A program made the position numbers and the translations under genes. Source: Macrostomum lignano (Eukaryota). From it: 64,000 nt of DNA. A model generated the notes under the pieces. That model ran no database searches. It was not told the DNA's origin and worked only from the letters and a program-made list of their open reading frames with translations. Each line of letters starts with the position of its first letter. Within the stretch, counting starts at the first letter, position 1. The stretch covers positions 62,001-126,000 of the forward strand of contig NIVC01000538.1 in assembly GCA_002269645.1 (NCBI GenBank). Reading direction: 5' to 3'. Of the stretch, positions 1 to 11,194 are shown piece after piece.

Positions 1-670
1 TGTCACAGACATTGTCACATGTGACGAAACGTGGGTGTATTGCTACGAACCCGAGCGGAAATGCCAGTCGCGTGTGTGGGCTTTTGAAGATGAAGCCCCG
101 CCGACCAAGGTTGTCAGGGGTCGGAGCACTGGCAAGCAAATGGTGGCAACTTTCTTCCGAAAGACTGGCCACATTGCGACTGTAGCACTCGAGAGCCAGC
201 GCACAGTGACTGCAGATTGGTACTGCACCGTCTGCCTGCCACGTGTCATCAGCAGCCTTAAAGAGGCGCGGCCAAAGTGCGGCGTTCGAGGTCTCTGGCT
301 GCACCAGGACAACGCCAGTGCGCACACGGCGAATCGAACTCGAGAGTTTCTACAGACGGTGGGCTTCCAGCAGCTCAGTCATCCACCATATTCACCTGAC
401 CTGGCACCGTGTGACTTTTTTTATTTCCATTCATCAAGAATTCCATGCGAGGGTGCCGATTTTCCTCCGCCGAAGAGGCTGTTGATGCCTATAGATCGGC
501 CGTTGAGGGGGTATCCCACTCAGAGTGGCGCCACTGCTTTGAAACTTGGTTTGAGCGGATGAGGCGGTGCATCCAAGCTGATGGAGAGTACTTTGAAAAG
601 CTCTGAAAGTTTCATCTTTATAACTGTTACATGTCGACCGCAGCTAGAAACTTATCTAGTGCCCCTCGTA
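1..670 (+). mobile_element. Mariner (DD34D) transposon, 3' part with right TIR; one frameshift
   Basis: VTCDETWV, LHQDNASAH and HPPYSPDLAPCDFF motifs. A -1 slip in the T run at 416-422 is followed in the shifted frame by ...CIQADGEYFEKL* (stop 604-606). Ends in CCCCTCG+TA at 662-670. Confidence 0.92.
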
Positions 671-1096
671 GCAAATCTCGTACTCCCAGCTTTTCAGTCC
701 TTCATCTGGTTAATAATATCGACTAGGTCATTTGGGCCTTTATCTGAAGCACCTTGAGATCGACTGCAGGACTATCGAACAACTGCCAAGGAGCAGCTAT
801 CAGACTTGAACTTTTGCACGCTTTTTTCGTAAAGTTCAGTAGGCCGCGCATCTTTATTTTTAGATTTTTCTGATACAAACTCGCGTGACTCGCTAGATTC
901 CATGTTGCCACAGATGGCGCACACTTTTTCTGCAGTAATTAGTTCATGCCCAGAATGATGCACCAATGCACCAATTATCATAAATATGGTTTCAACCATA
1001 GACTAAATTCTTAGCAGAAGAATCAAACACAAGTGCATGCAAATATGTAACACTCCCACAAATGCCAAAAGAAGACTGTCATGCATTGTAGAGGTA

Positions 1097-2265
1097 TCAC
1101 TTGTAGACAAGCCGATCCGGTGGTCGACTAACCCGTGCGCTCCGACGGAGTTCCTGGGCGCCGGATGGCAACGGTCCTAACTGGATCTGACTGGTGGGAT
1201 TTGGTGGTGTAGTGACGGTCTCACTGAGGGCTGGATTGACGTCCGTAGATTTTGAATCCGAGGGCTTCGAATCAGCCACCGGAAGCTGGTCCGTACGAGC
1301 TTGAATGTCTGACCGATGAACGAGTCTGTTCGGTGCCTCCCTAAATGTATTAGAACCAACGGCAGACTTCAGCTTAGTAGGGAAACGCTCCTCCTTGTGC
1401 TCCACTCGAATGAACACGGGAGTTGGCTGCTGACTTGGCCTCGACCACTCAGTGCAAGCGGCGGACAAACGTGTCCTTGGCAACTGCTGAAAGATCAGTA
1501 GAGCTGGTATTGATCCGTTGCAATGAGGTGTAGTGTTCTGGAAGAGACAAAATCCCGCAATGTGCCGATCTAAGGCAGAGAAGTCCGCGTTGGCTTTCAT
1601 CTTACGCAGATAAAACTTCAGTTCTTCTATGACCCTCTCGACCTGGCCATTGGACTGATGGTGTCCTGGAGGTGTGCAGACGTGTTCGACACAATTGTCT
1701 TTCAGAAACATGGAGAACTCCTCAGCAACGAACGATCCACCGTTATCCATGACTATAGACTTCGGTAATCCAGTGTACTTGAATGTTTGTCTGCTTGCGG
1801 CAACAATTGATGAAGCTGTCAGTGAGTTCACATGTTAGACGTCGACCCATTTTGAAAAGGCGTCGACCATCACCAGAAGTCTGCGACCTTTAAATGTTGC
1901 AATATCAACGTGAACTCTTTCAAAGAAATTCTGCGCTTCCGACCACGAGGACAAGTTAGCATTGACTCTCTTTCTGGCGTGAAGCTGACATTGTACACAT
2001 CGTTGTACGAACGCATTAACTTGTGCGTCTATCTCGGGCCACCAGAAGTATTGCCGTGCTAGGCGTAGCATTCTCACAATCCCGGGATGATCTTCGTGCA
2101 GCATTTGCAGGATCTCGGTCCTCAAGCTAGTGGGCGGAACAATTCGAAGTCCCTTGAAAATGATCCTATTTTGGATGGTGTATTCCCATTTTCCTCGAGA
2201 ATCGGGCTACATTGTTGACGGAATGTAGGAAGGCCATTCCTTTTGTATGTGACTGGCTCACATGA
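1097..2265 (-). pseudogene. Ty3/Gypsy (Mag-like) integrase remnant with in-frame stops
   Basis: HHCC zinc finger (HEDHPG..CVQCQ), RVHVDI, VDAFSKW, MDNG, HQSNGQVER and an LRRSAR tail. Stop at 1835-1837. Upstream in the same frame: IQKEWP..TIQNRIIFKGLRIVPP. Confidence 0.9.
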
Positions 2266-2574
2266 CAGGGGAAACAGAGATTGACGAAACAAAGAAAGCC
2301 CACAGCAGAGAAGCTGAGGGCTGAGAAACGAAGGGTAAAACGGGCAGGAGGGAAGGGAGCAGCAACAGACAGCCAAAAAGAGGGAGGCGGGAAGCTGACC
2401 AGCGGCAGACAGCAACCCAGGGCGAGGGCGAGGGCAAGGGCAACTGCTGACAAAGTGCGACGCCTAACACTAAACTATCGGATCACTACACTATATTTAT
2501 ATGCATTTTTGGCTTCCAAATGTGCTCCAGTAAAATTTCGCATCCATATATTTTCCATGTATTTTCAGTAGCTG

Positions 2575-3709
2575 ATGGAAACATCAAAAGACAGTGTTCG
2601 CTTCTATATCTTAATGCGCATGCAACTTGGCTGCAGAGCGACTGAGATTCATACTGATCTGGTGAATGTTTTAGCTGACTCTGCTCCATCACTTGACACG
2701 TTTGCCCGCTGGCTGCGCCATTTCTTGAAAGGCTGGGACAGCTTCAACTATGAACCGAGGTCTGGCCGACCCCAGACATCCGTGACCGAAGATGTCGTGG
2801 CCCATGCCAATGCAATAATTCATGAGTATTGGAGCATTACGCTAAGATTCCTTGCCTATGAGCTTAGTGTCAGCTATGGAAGTGCTCATAACATCATGCA
2901 TGAGCAACTGGGCCGCACAAAGATCTGCGCTCGGTGGGTACCCCATCTTCTCACTCCGGAGCAGCAAGCAGAGAGGGTGCGCATCTGGCGCTTGTGGGTG
3001 CAAATGTTTGAGCCCCACGGCCCACGATGACTGTCGGATGTCATCACAGAAGACGAATGTTGGATCTCCTTTTACCATGAAGGATAAGCACTTTAACATG
3101 GCCTGGCTGGCAGAAGATGAGCCCGAAACCCAAGGTGCTGAAGACCGGATTCCGCAGTCGGAAGCGGATATTCACCATTTTTTCAACTCTCAGGATGTTG
3201 TATCGGTAAACATCCTTCCAGCAGGTGCCACAGGGACTGCCAGGTACTACACAGACACTGTTCTGCCAGGCGTGCTGCAGGAGCGGCAGGAACGTGTGCG
3301 AACCAGGCATGGACCTCGACTCCTGCTGCACCATGACAATGCGGCACTGCACAGAGCAGCCTCAACCATGGCGTACCTGGAGCAGCAGGGGTCCAGCTTC
3401 TGCCCCATCCACCCTACTCTCCAGACCTAGCACCCTGTGACTTTTGGCTGTTCCCGAGGATCAAATCCGTCATTTTTGGGAGGCCGTTTTCACACATACA
3501 AGACCTTGCCCAAGCGGTACATTCAGCTCTACAGGGTATACCAACTTCGGAGTACCATGACTGCTTTCAGACATGGTGGATACGCATTGCGATGGTGCAT
3601 AGATAGTGTTGGAAAGTACTTTGAGAGAATGTGACACTGATTAGACGCTGTGGTTGCTGTAACACTGAGTTGTGAGGTCACTTGCAGAACTTTTTGATCA
3701 CCCCTCGTA
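2575..3709 (+). mobile_element. Decayed mariner transposon (5' TIR missing, right TIR present)
   Basis: N-terminal HTH (RSGRP), CARWVPHLLT, LHHDNA, YSPDLAPCDFWLFP and a KYFERM* end at 3634. Several stops and frameshifts. Right end ...TGATCACCCCTCG+TA at 3695-3709. Confidence 0.9.
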
Positions 3710-4382
3710 CTTTTTTCATTTTCTTCATTCCACTCAAAGACCACTTCTTCATTCCACTTCACTCACTCCACTTTTTCATTAGCAAACTCTAACTCTTTCT
3801 GTTGGATTAAATGTTCCAAGTTTTCCTGTTCCTGTCTGTTTTGAGAATCTCTTGTCTTGACCCGTGATTGTCTTATATTTGTTAACTAGGAAGCAGCTCC
3901 TTTTTGATATTCTCTTTGCTAACTGCCGTACAATGTGGAGTTTTCTGATTTGCCTCCAATTGTTCTATAGCTTGAATAGCTTCTTTTGTTTTTTCATAGC
4001 TACCACGGTATAGTTGTCTTCGATTAAACTTGTTCGTGTGCTCTTTGTAACCATGTGCTTTGGTCTTGAAAAGAAAGGCCTTGAATATTCCGTCTCTTGA
4101 AGAATACATCAACAAAATGTTTATGTAAAGTTGGTGGCGTTTTTTGTAAAAAGAAGAAACATTTAGAGGGTAGTCACCCAGATTTTTTAACAAAGCGTTG
4201 CAAACCATCTGAAGGGTCAAATTCTTGATTGTGGGTGAGTTGGGATTTTCTCCCTCGTCACATCCGCATTATCGAAAAAACCCGCTTTATGCAATGTCAT
4301 AATGGCCTTGATGACTTCAAATTTGCTAAAAAAACCACCACAGCTGTTATAGCTATCACAGCTGCTGAATCCCTCTCCTGCC

Positions 4383-4620
4383 TTAATTTTTTGGCACCAC
4401 TTTGTCTCTTGTAATCTTAACCATTTCTAACTGGTGGGTTCTATCATCACCTGCTTTAGAAGCAGTTGCTACACCTCCAGCTACACTGTCTGCGGCTCCT
4501 ACAGCGCCTGCAATGATTGGGATAAGAGCTGTCAGTGGTAGGATTTCTTCTGACTTTTCATCTGTGATGCTGTGCGTTTGATCATTACACTGAAGTGGAA
4601 TCGTGCGCCCTCGCGGTTTA
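4383..4620 (-). pseudogene. Polinton/Maverick-type small virion core-protein-like relic
   Basis: Manual translation gives KSEEILPLTALIPIIAGAVGAADSVAGGVATASKAGDDRTHQLEM. This resembles the (GG)ILP-hydrophobic-AGG-A motif of small Polinton proteins. Confidence 0.5.
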
Positions 4621-5629
4621 GTGCTTAGTGGATTATAACTAGTTTAAGATTTCGGTAGATTGCTGCCACCAGGCTCCTGATGTTTCCTAATCCAAGTATG
4701 TAGTATTTAAAGAACTGAGACAGGACACCAATGTAATACTATAAGTTTTAACACAAGTTTTACTATAAAAAGAGATAAAACATTATTGCACAAAAGTTGT
4801 TTCTTACATTAATTCCCTTTTTAAGTGCTTTGGACAAGACTCCCAGTTTTAGAGGCAAGACTTCTCTCCTGTTAGTGCGATTTCTAAGTTCTATTTCCCT
4901 TATTCCCTTACCTTAAATTCCCTTGAATCCATAAGTTCGAACTGAGCGAAGGAACGGGCGAACACAATGACTTCCCCGAGAGCACAACTGCTCTATAATT
5001 ATAAAGAAGCGCAAAATTCGCGAAATTATTTCCCTGGCCAAAACTACTGACAGTAGTGTATAAGCATATTTGTCCCGTGTCTAAATTGTGCTCCTAAATT
5101 ATTCCCTACTACACCTCTCCCGCGCTTGGGAAATGTTCAAAACCCCATTTGTGCATTCATAATTCACGTTTATTAAAAAATATTATTTTACTCGCCAGTG
5201 TCATGCTAGATATAGCGCTAGCCATTGTTCGGCTTATTTAGAATAAGAGTTACTGAATAGTAATTTAAAGGGTTAATGAAAATATCAAGCAATCATAGAG
5301 TTATTATTAGGCTAAATATAAATATTGCATGTGTGCATAAGCGCACTATTAATTGGCAGAAAAAACTTCAATGTAGACATAGACAAATGTAACATATTAT
5401 GTTGACATAGGCTGTAATAGTGAACGCGACAAAAAAATATATATGCAAAAAATGAAAATGTATTATGTCAAAAATGCGGTGTATTATTTAGAACTAAGTG
5501 TATACAAAACAGCGGTTGTAGTTTCTCGTCCCAAAAGATGTTAAGAGTTCTGAAAATATTTGGCAAATATGTATAGTTGTGTGAAGATTGAGTTCGCTTA
5601 CTAAAAATATTAATATTGTCATCAGATCT

Positions 5630-7170
5630 TGTGCACCGGCCGCAGATTCAAGGTGTTCTGCGCGGACGTGTACAACAGTCCGTTAATCGGTACCATTCTA
5701 TGCTTTGGGTCAAACTTTTCGACTAGGAACTAACTATTCCATGGTAGCCCTCATAAAAACTGGCCCCTTGGCATTGCTTTCTTCGTATTGAACGCAATAA
5801 GTGGCAGAAGGCAATACGCTACTTCAAGGCACTTAAGTGCTTTTCCTTCGATGCTGTGAACAAGAAGTGCGTGCAGGCCTCTGGCAGATTAGCTTCGAAT
5901 TGTCCCGTCCAGCCGGTCCTCAAGATGTATTTCTTGAGAGCACGGCGGCATCTGTGGAATCTCGTTTCTCGCTCGCCAGGGCTGTCGTCGTTCAACTTCG
6001 CAGCTTTGTCTCTGTCGTAGGCCCAGGCTGCTCCTCTATCGGCTGCTGCTCTTCTGCCTCCTCGAGCTCCTTTACCTGGTCATCTCCTTCATATTGCCGA
6101 ATCTCTTCCATAAATCTCGCCATCTCATCTCTAAACTCTACTTCTTTCCGTTGGGTTTCCTTATTAATCTCCTCAATGTCGATGTCTATTACTAACTTGC
6201 CTTCCGTCTCGCTGTCTTCTTCCTTTACTTTTTGCTTCCGCTTCTCAACATGTCCATCGCTAGCTACATGCACGGCCCTAATCCGCGGAGGTTCGTTTTC
6301 ATCTGGTTTCTCGTTCCTTCTTTTTCGACTGTAAATTATTTTCTCTGGGTACAAGCGTAGCGGAGCATCGGCCATCGTTTTTTAATTCTTGAGCTGTTAG
6401 AGGTTGAATGGGTTAAACAGTTTGAGTCTGAGTTTGAGTCTGATTCGGCCTGATGGTCAACCTATCTGGAGCATGGCGCTCTCTTGCTCTTCTGGCTTCT
6501 AAATTATTCCCTATATTATTATTATTTAATTGTACTGGCATAACTCCTTGTACACCTATTGATGCTGCACTTGCTGATTTGGTACTAGCACTAACTGCAC
6601 CTTATTCTGAGGTTGCACTGGCATGAACTGCTCATTATTTTGATTTTGCACTGGCATAAACTGCACTGCATCTTCGTACTCATCCTCACTTTCTGACTCG
6701 TGCACATTCAGCTGATTATTTATTTGTTCCCTATTGAATTGCCTTTTCTGTCCTTTTGGCTGAACACTAACTTCTTCTACCTGATATTCTGCTTGCGGTA
6801 CTTTCATTAGATTGTCCCATGCATAATAAGTTCTTCCTTTCTAGCCTTCTTTTTTGGTAACTGGTCTAATCTTAAAGAGTACTTCAGATAGCTCGTAGTT
6901 GTTCTACAATTTCGTAGACTGCTTACTGTTTTCTGTGAAATTTTTTAGCCTCTGTATTAGCAATTATTGGATTATAATTACTGGATTAATTACTGGACTA
7001 AACTTCCTACAGACAATGGAATCAAAAGAGACACCCCTCATTACCAATTGTCTAACCGCTTGCTCCAAGTACCGACAATATTGATCCATCTATCTGCTCA
7101 AAATTGAGAGCCAAACTTGAGAAAGAAAGTGGTTTCAAATTTGATTGAGGGTGCTCTCAAAGAATGCAAC
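5630..7170 (-). pseudogene. Highly decayed LTR/Ginger-type integrase C-terminal region plus acidic low-complexity tail
   Basis: HPQSN at ~7140-7155 and a frameshifted GPY/F-like block (KFHRK..VYEIVEQL..SEVLFKIRP) at ~6850-6950. Acidic/Gln-rich ORFs at 6556-6807 and 5992-6375. Confidence 0.3.
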
Positions 7171-7173
7171 ACC

Positions 7174-7610
7174 TGTTAAAAGACACGACAGAGAAAAATT
7201 ATTAGAGATACGCTCGTAAGAGACAAAATTGTATAGATAAAAAGCAATGCAAAGAAAGCAGACTCATAAACATCTTTTTTAAAAATACAGGCTCTTAAAA
7301 TACATATTAGTTTTTTCTCAGTTTTATTTCAGTCCTATTTAGCATTTTTAGTTGTTTCCAAGTTTTTAGTTGTTTTTAGTTGTTTAGTTGTAAACAACTT
7401 TACATATGGACTGTCCAGCCACACATTTTTTTAACTGGGAAATGTTTGTATGCACTAAGATTGTAGTCAGAAGAAACATTAACTAAGAATTGTATTCTAG
7501 AAAATTCTACTCGTAGAAGGGAACTGGGATTTCACTTACTATTAATAGAGGTGCCTATTTAAAGAGAAACCATTACTTATTAAAGTAACACCCTTAACAC
7601 TCCCACCTAA
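7174..7610 (-). mobile_element. Putative Copia 3' LTR (7174-7599) preceded by PPT (7600-7610)
   Basis: On the minus strand, the purine tract TTAGGTGGGAG directly precedes TGTTAA. The segment ends TTAACA at 7174 and contains an internal AATAAA. It is collinear with the Copia RNase H at 10100-10530 once the piggyBac is removed. Confidence 0.55.
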
Positions 7611-7659
7611 TGTTTAGCTTAAAATCTAGTGCATACTGGTACAAACATTTCATATTGTC

Positions 7660-10052
7660 TTAACCCCGCCAACACTGATGGCACGCCAGGCGTGCCATGG
7701 GTCTCATTTAACCATACACTGAGAATACGTGTCTATGGCCCAGATGGTTTAGCATAAATATGACTTTTCGACATCCCCATAAGTCACGGATGGCATGCTG
7801 TGCGTACCATGTTATTTTTTCGCCATTTTTTAACTATATTTGACTGCAAGTACAGGATAGATAACAAAAACTTTAAAAACGGACAACAACAGAACAAAAA
7901 ACAATTAGGTAAACAATATTTAAAACATCGATGAGGCATTTAGGAGGAGCGTTTTGAATTTCGTAGTCTAAACGTAATTAAGTTTTGCACCGTACCACCA
8001 GTGCAACTACTGTGCTGCTGCACTGTGCCAATTCTGAAAGCATGGGACAGCACACAGCCCGGGCTCTCCTGGGCAACCAGCGCATACGAACACCGTTCTT
8101 TTGGCCACACCATTGCTGTAGCAGACTGCATCGCTTTGTCGGCCTCGCATTGGCATCTGTCGGCGGCAGCTTCGATGGCGCGTGCTGTGAGATGGCCTTG
8201 CGCTTCGATGTATTCAGACGTTTGCCCCGGCCTGTCTGCTCCATGAGAGTACGGATCGCAGCTTCCAAAAATTCAACGAATTTGATATCGCTTCCTCCTT
8301 GGCAATTGCAGATCCAGGCATTGCGGACCAACTGCAGCAAAATGTGGAACCCGAGCTTCTGGTGCCATCTGTATGTTCTTCTCCCCGCACTGTAAGGCTG
8401 CAGTGCTGCATCAAGGCGATCAACGCCTCCCATGTACTTATTGTACTGCAACACCGAATTTGGTTTTAAAACTGACTCCTCCGCTCCGCCTCGGATCACT
8501 CGCCTCACTTCCGTGCTTTCAGCAACACCGTGCGTGTCCAACAAGTACACAGTTTTGCGACCGCTTGCCTTCCTGTCTACCAGCTTGACTGCGAGAACAT
8601 CGCCGCGGCGCATCTGGGAGTGACTGACGGGTTGCACGGGCAGCAATTTCAGCTCATTCGGCACACCTCGATTGGGCCTCACCGTCCCAGTCAGTAAACT
8701 ACTGCGTTCCAGCAGAAACTGCGCCAGACGGAGCGATGTGAACCAGCTGTCACAGAAGACCTTGTACCCTAGGTCCAGCAAATTTTTACTCAATTCAACG
8801 ACGATCTTCTCGCTCATCGATAAATTACCGCAGTTTAATCCATCTCCAAACTTATCGTTATCCTGCTTAGCAGCATGTACATGAAAATTCCACAGAAAAC
8901 CTGTCGAAGCTTCCGTCAAGCAGTAGACCTTGATGCCGAATCTGGCACGCTTGTTGGGCATGAACTGCCGGAAAATGAGCCTGCCCTTGTACATGACCAG
9001 TTCTTCATCGACAGACACCTCTTGACGTGGGCTGTAATTTGCTTGGCAAATATCGCGGGCAATGTTAAGAAAAGGTCGAATCTTTTTCAAGGAGTCCTGT
9101 TGGTTGTCGGTGGTGCAGTCGTAAAATCTAATGATAATATCTGCACAAACCGATCCCTTCTTTCTGGAAGTATTCGCCGCCGTAGAAGTCTCCCGTGGAC
9201 CAGTACATGTGCATTTCGGGCTTCTTCACAAGACCCATGTACAGGATGATTGCTAGTGAATTCTTCATCTCATTGTCGGTACACGGTCTCCAAGTTGATA
9301 GCAAATTGGGAAGAGCTCCGTCCTGATCTTCAGCTGTCAAATGTTGAAGCTCCATGTCAGCTCGGGCGTTGGTCCGGATGCGAATGGCAGACACCAGATC
9401 AGCGGTGAGAAAGTGCTGCAGATAGAATTGCACCTGGGCCATTTTACCTTCAGGAGCTTGTGCTTGGATGTCTGGGTTCAGGCCAGGCACAGCGAGGAAT
9501 TCGGGCAGATCGCTGAGACGCGAATCTTCACCATCTTGAGCAGTTGTTCATTCATTCTCGTTGGCGAACTCGACTCCATGCTCAGCTACTTCACCATTAC
9601 TCTCACCATCTTCCTCGTCCAGCAACTCTTCATCGACACTCATATATTCGCTGTCGCTGCCGTCGCTGGTGAAAACAGAACCTTCCATAATTGCAATTGC
9701 AGCATCATCAATGTTGTTAGCCATGATTTTGAGTCTCGCGTAAGTTTAATTAATTATACAGTAAAGTTGGACAAGTTTGTGGTATCAGTAAAAATTTACT
9801 GCATGATTCTGGACTGTTTTTACCATAGAAGTTCTAAAATAAACTGTAGTATCAGTCAAGCGCAGATTTTAGGACAGTTGGAACTCAATAGTTAAGTAAG
9901 CCAGTCAGTAGTCTATGGGAATTTCTTGAGCCGTAAATTGACACAGTGCTCTGTGGCAGTGGGAAAGAGATTGAAGCCCCATGGTACGCGTGGCATGCCA
10001 TCTGTCAATAGTGACTGCGTGCGGAAAAAAAGCTCAGTGCGCTACTGGTTAA
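7660..10052 (-). mobile_element. Full-length piggyBac (PGBD4-like) transposon, transposase inactivated by a stop and frameshifts
   Basis: TTAA TSDs at 7660-7663 and 10049-10052. Ends read CC..CACTGA, with internal inverted repeats GATGGCA..CCATGGG at 7678-7702 and 9979-10003. ORF runs from ATG 9724 to TAG 8007 and has SVDEELVMYKGR, FCDSWFTS, YNKYMGGVDRLD and a frameshifted Cys-rich C-terminus. Confidence 0.95.
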
Positions 10053-10099
10053 ATATTGAAGTTAGATAAAGAAGTTATCAGTTACATTGGCGCACAGGA

Positions 10100-10530
10100 A
10101 TCAATCCCTTAAGCAATTAAAACGGCAGTAGACAATGCTTTAGTATAAATGTCAGCGACCATTTCCTCTGACGGACAGTAAACTAGCTTTAAAGTTCCAC
10201 CGACCAACTTCTCACACACGGAATGGTGACGCATATCAATGTGCTTAGAACGACTGTGGAAGACAGGATTCTTTGCTAGATCAATACAACGTTAATTGTC
10301 TTCTAGAATAGTGACGCATTTACGAATTAATATGCAAAGATCTAGTAGTAATTGATGTAACCATGTAGCTTCTTAGGTAGCAGCTGAGAGTGCCATGTAC
10401 TCGGCCTCCGTCGTGAATAAGGCTACAGTTTGTTGCTTCTTGCTACTCCAGCTAATCGGACATTCAGCCAAATTGAATATATATCCTGTTGTACCTGTAG
10501 AACGTAGGTCATTGTGATCTCCGACCGTGA
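10100..10530 (-). pseudogene. Ty1/Copia RNase H remnant
   Basis: Manual translation: [68 protein letters not shown]. Confidence 0.88.
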
Positions 10531-11057
10531 TAATTAGAGTTCTCTTTAATGATTGTTATTGAGAGAATGTAATAAGATTAAAATTCTGAATTGGTTTGCT
10601 ACATGTACTAATCAATAGAAAGACAGTTAAAAAATGTTTAGTTTTATAATTAATTCAAAAAAGACTCGTAGATGTAATATTTTAAGTTCATTACATTTAA
10701 TTTTTATTCAGAAATACAATATATTTAAATGATTTGTTACATAAATGATGCAGAGTTAAACGAAAAAGCGTAATAATTGAATGGTTTAAGTTTTTTATTT
10801 AAATATTTATTAGAAAAAAACAATTTATTAAAAAGTATATTATTTTTCACATTAAAAACTAATAGTATAAGAATTTGAACTTCCTGTACAGAGACTGTAC
10901 AGAGAAACCTCTAATCTATGAATCACGTTGTGGGTTTTTGTGTGCCTCCTAACTTGGCTTTAAGATAGGCATCTCGTGTGCTTTTTGTGTCGTTTAATAA
11001 ATTAATGCCATAACTTAAGTTAAATAATTAAATTCAAAGCCTTTACGTCAAATTATT

Positions 11058-11088
11058 CTAGGGTTTAGGTTAGGGTTTAGGGTTTAGG
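11058..11088 (+). repeat. Short interstitial TTTAGGG/TTAGGG-like repeat
   Basis: CTAGGGTTTAGGTTAGGGTTTAGGGTTTAGG. Confidence 0.6.
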
Positions 11089-11136
11089 TCCCAGAACTCC
11101 CGGCATGCTTACAGCTAGAGAGAAATAATAAGAGAT

Positions 11137-11137
11137 T

Positions 11138-11188
<51 letters not shown>
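11137..11188. repeat. (GA)n microsatellite
   Basis: Seen directly in the sequence. Confidence 0.97.

Positions 11189-11194
<6 letters not shown>

Noticed and set aside
11058-11088. Telomere or chromosome-fusion signature
   Set aside because: Only ~31 bp, mixed TTTAGGG/TTAGGG; most likely a simple repeat.
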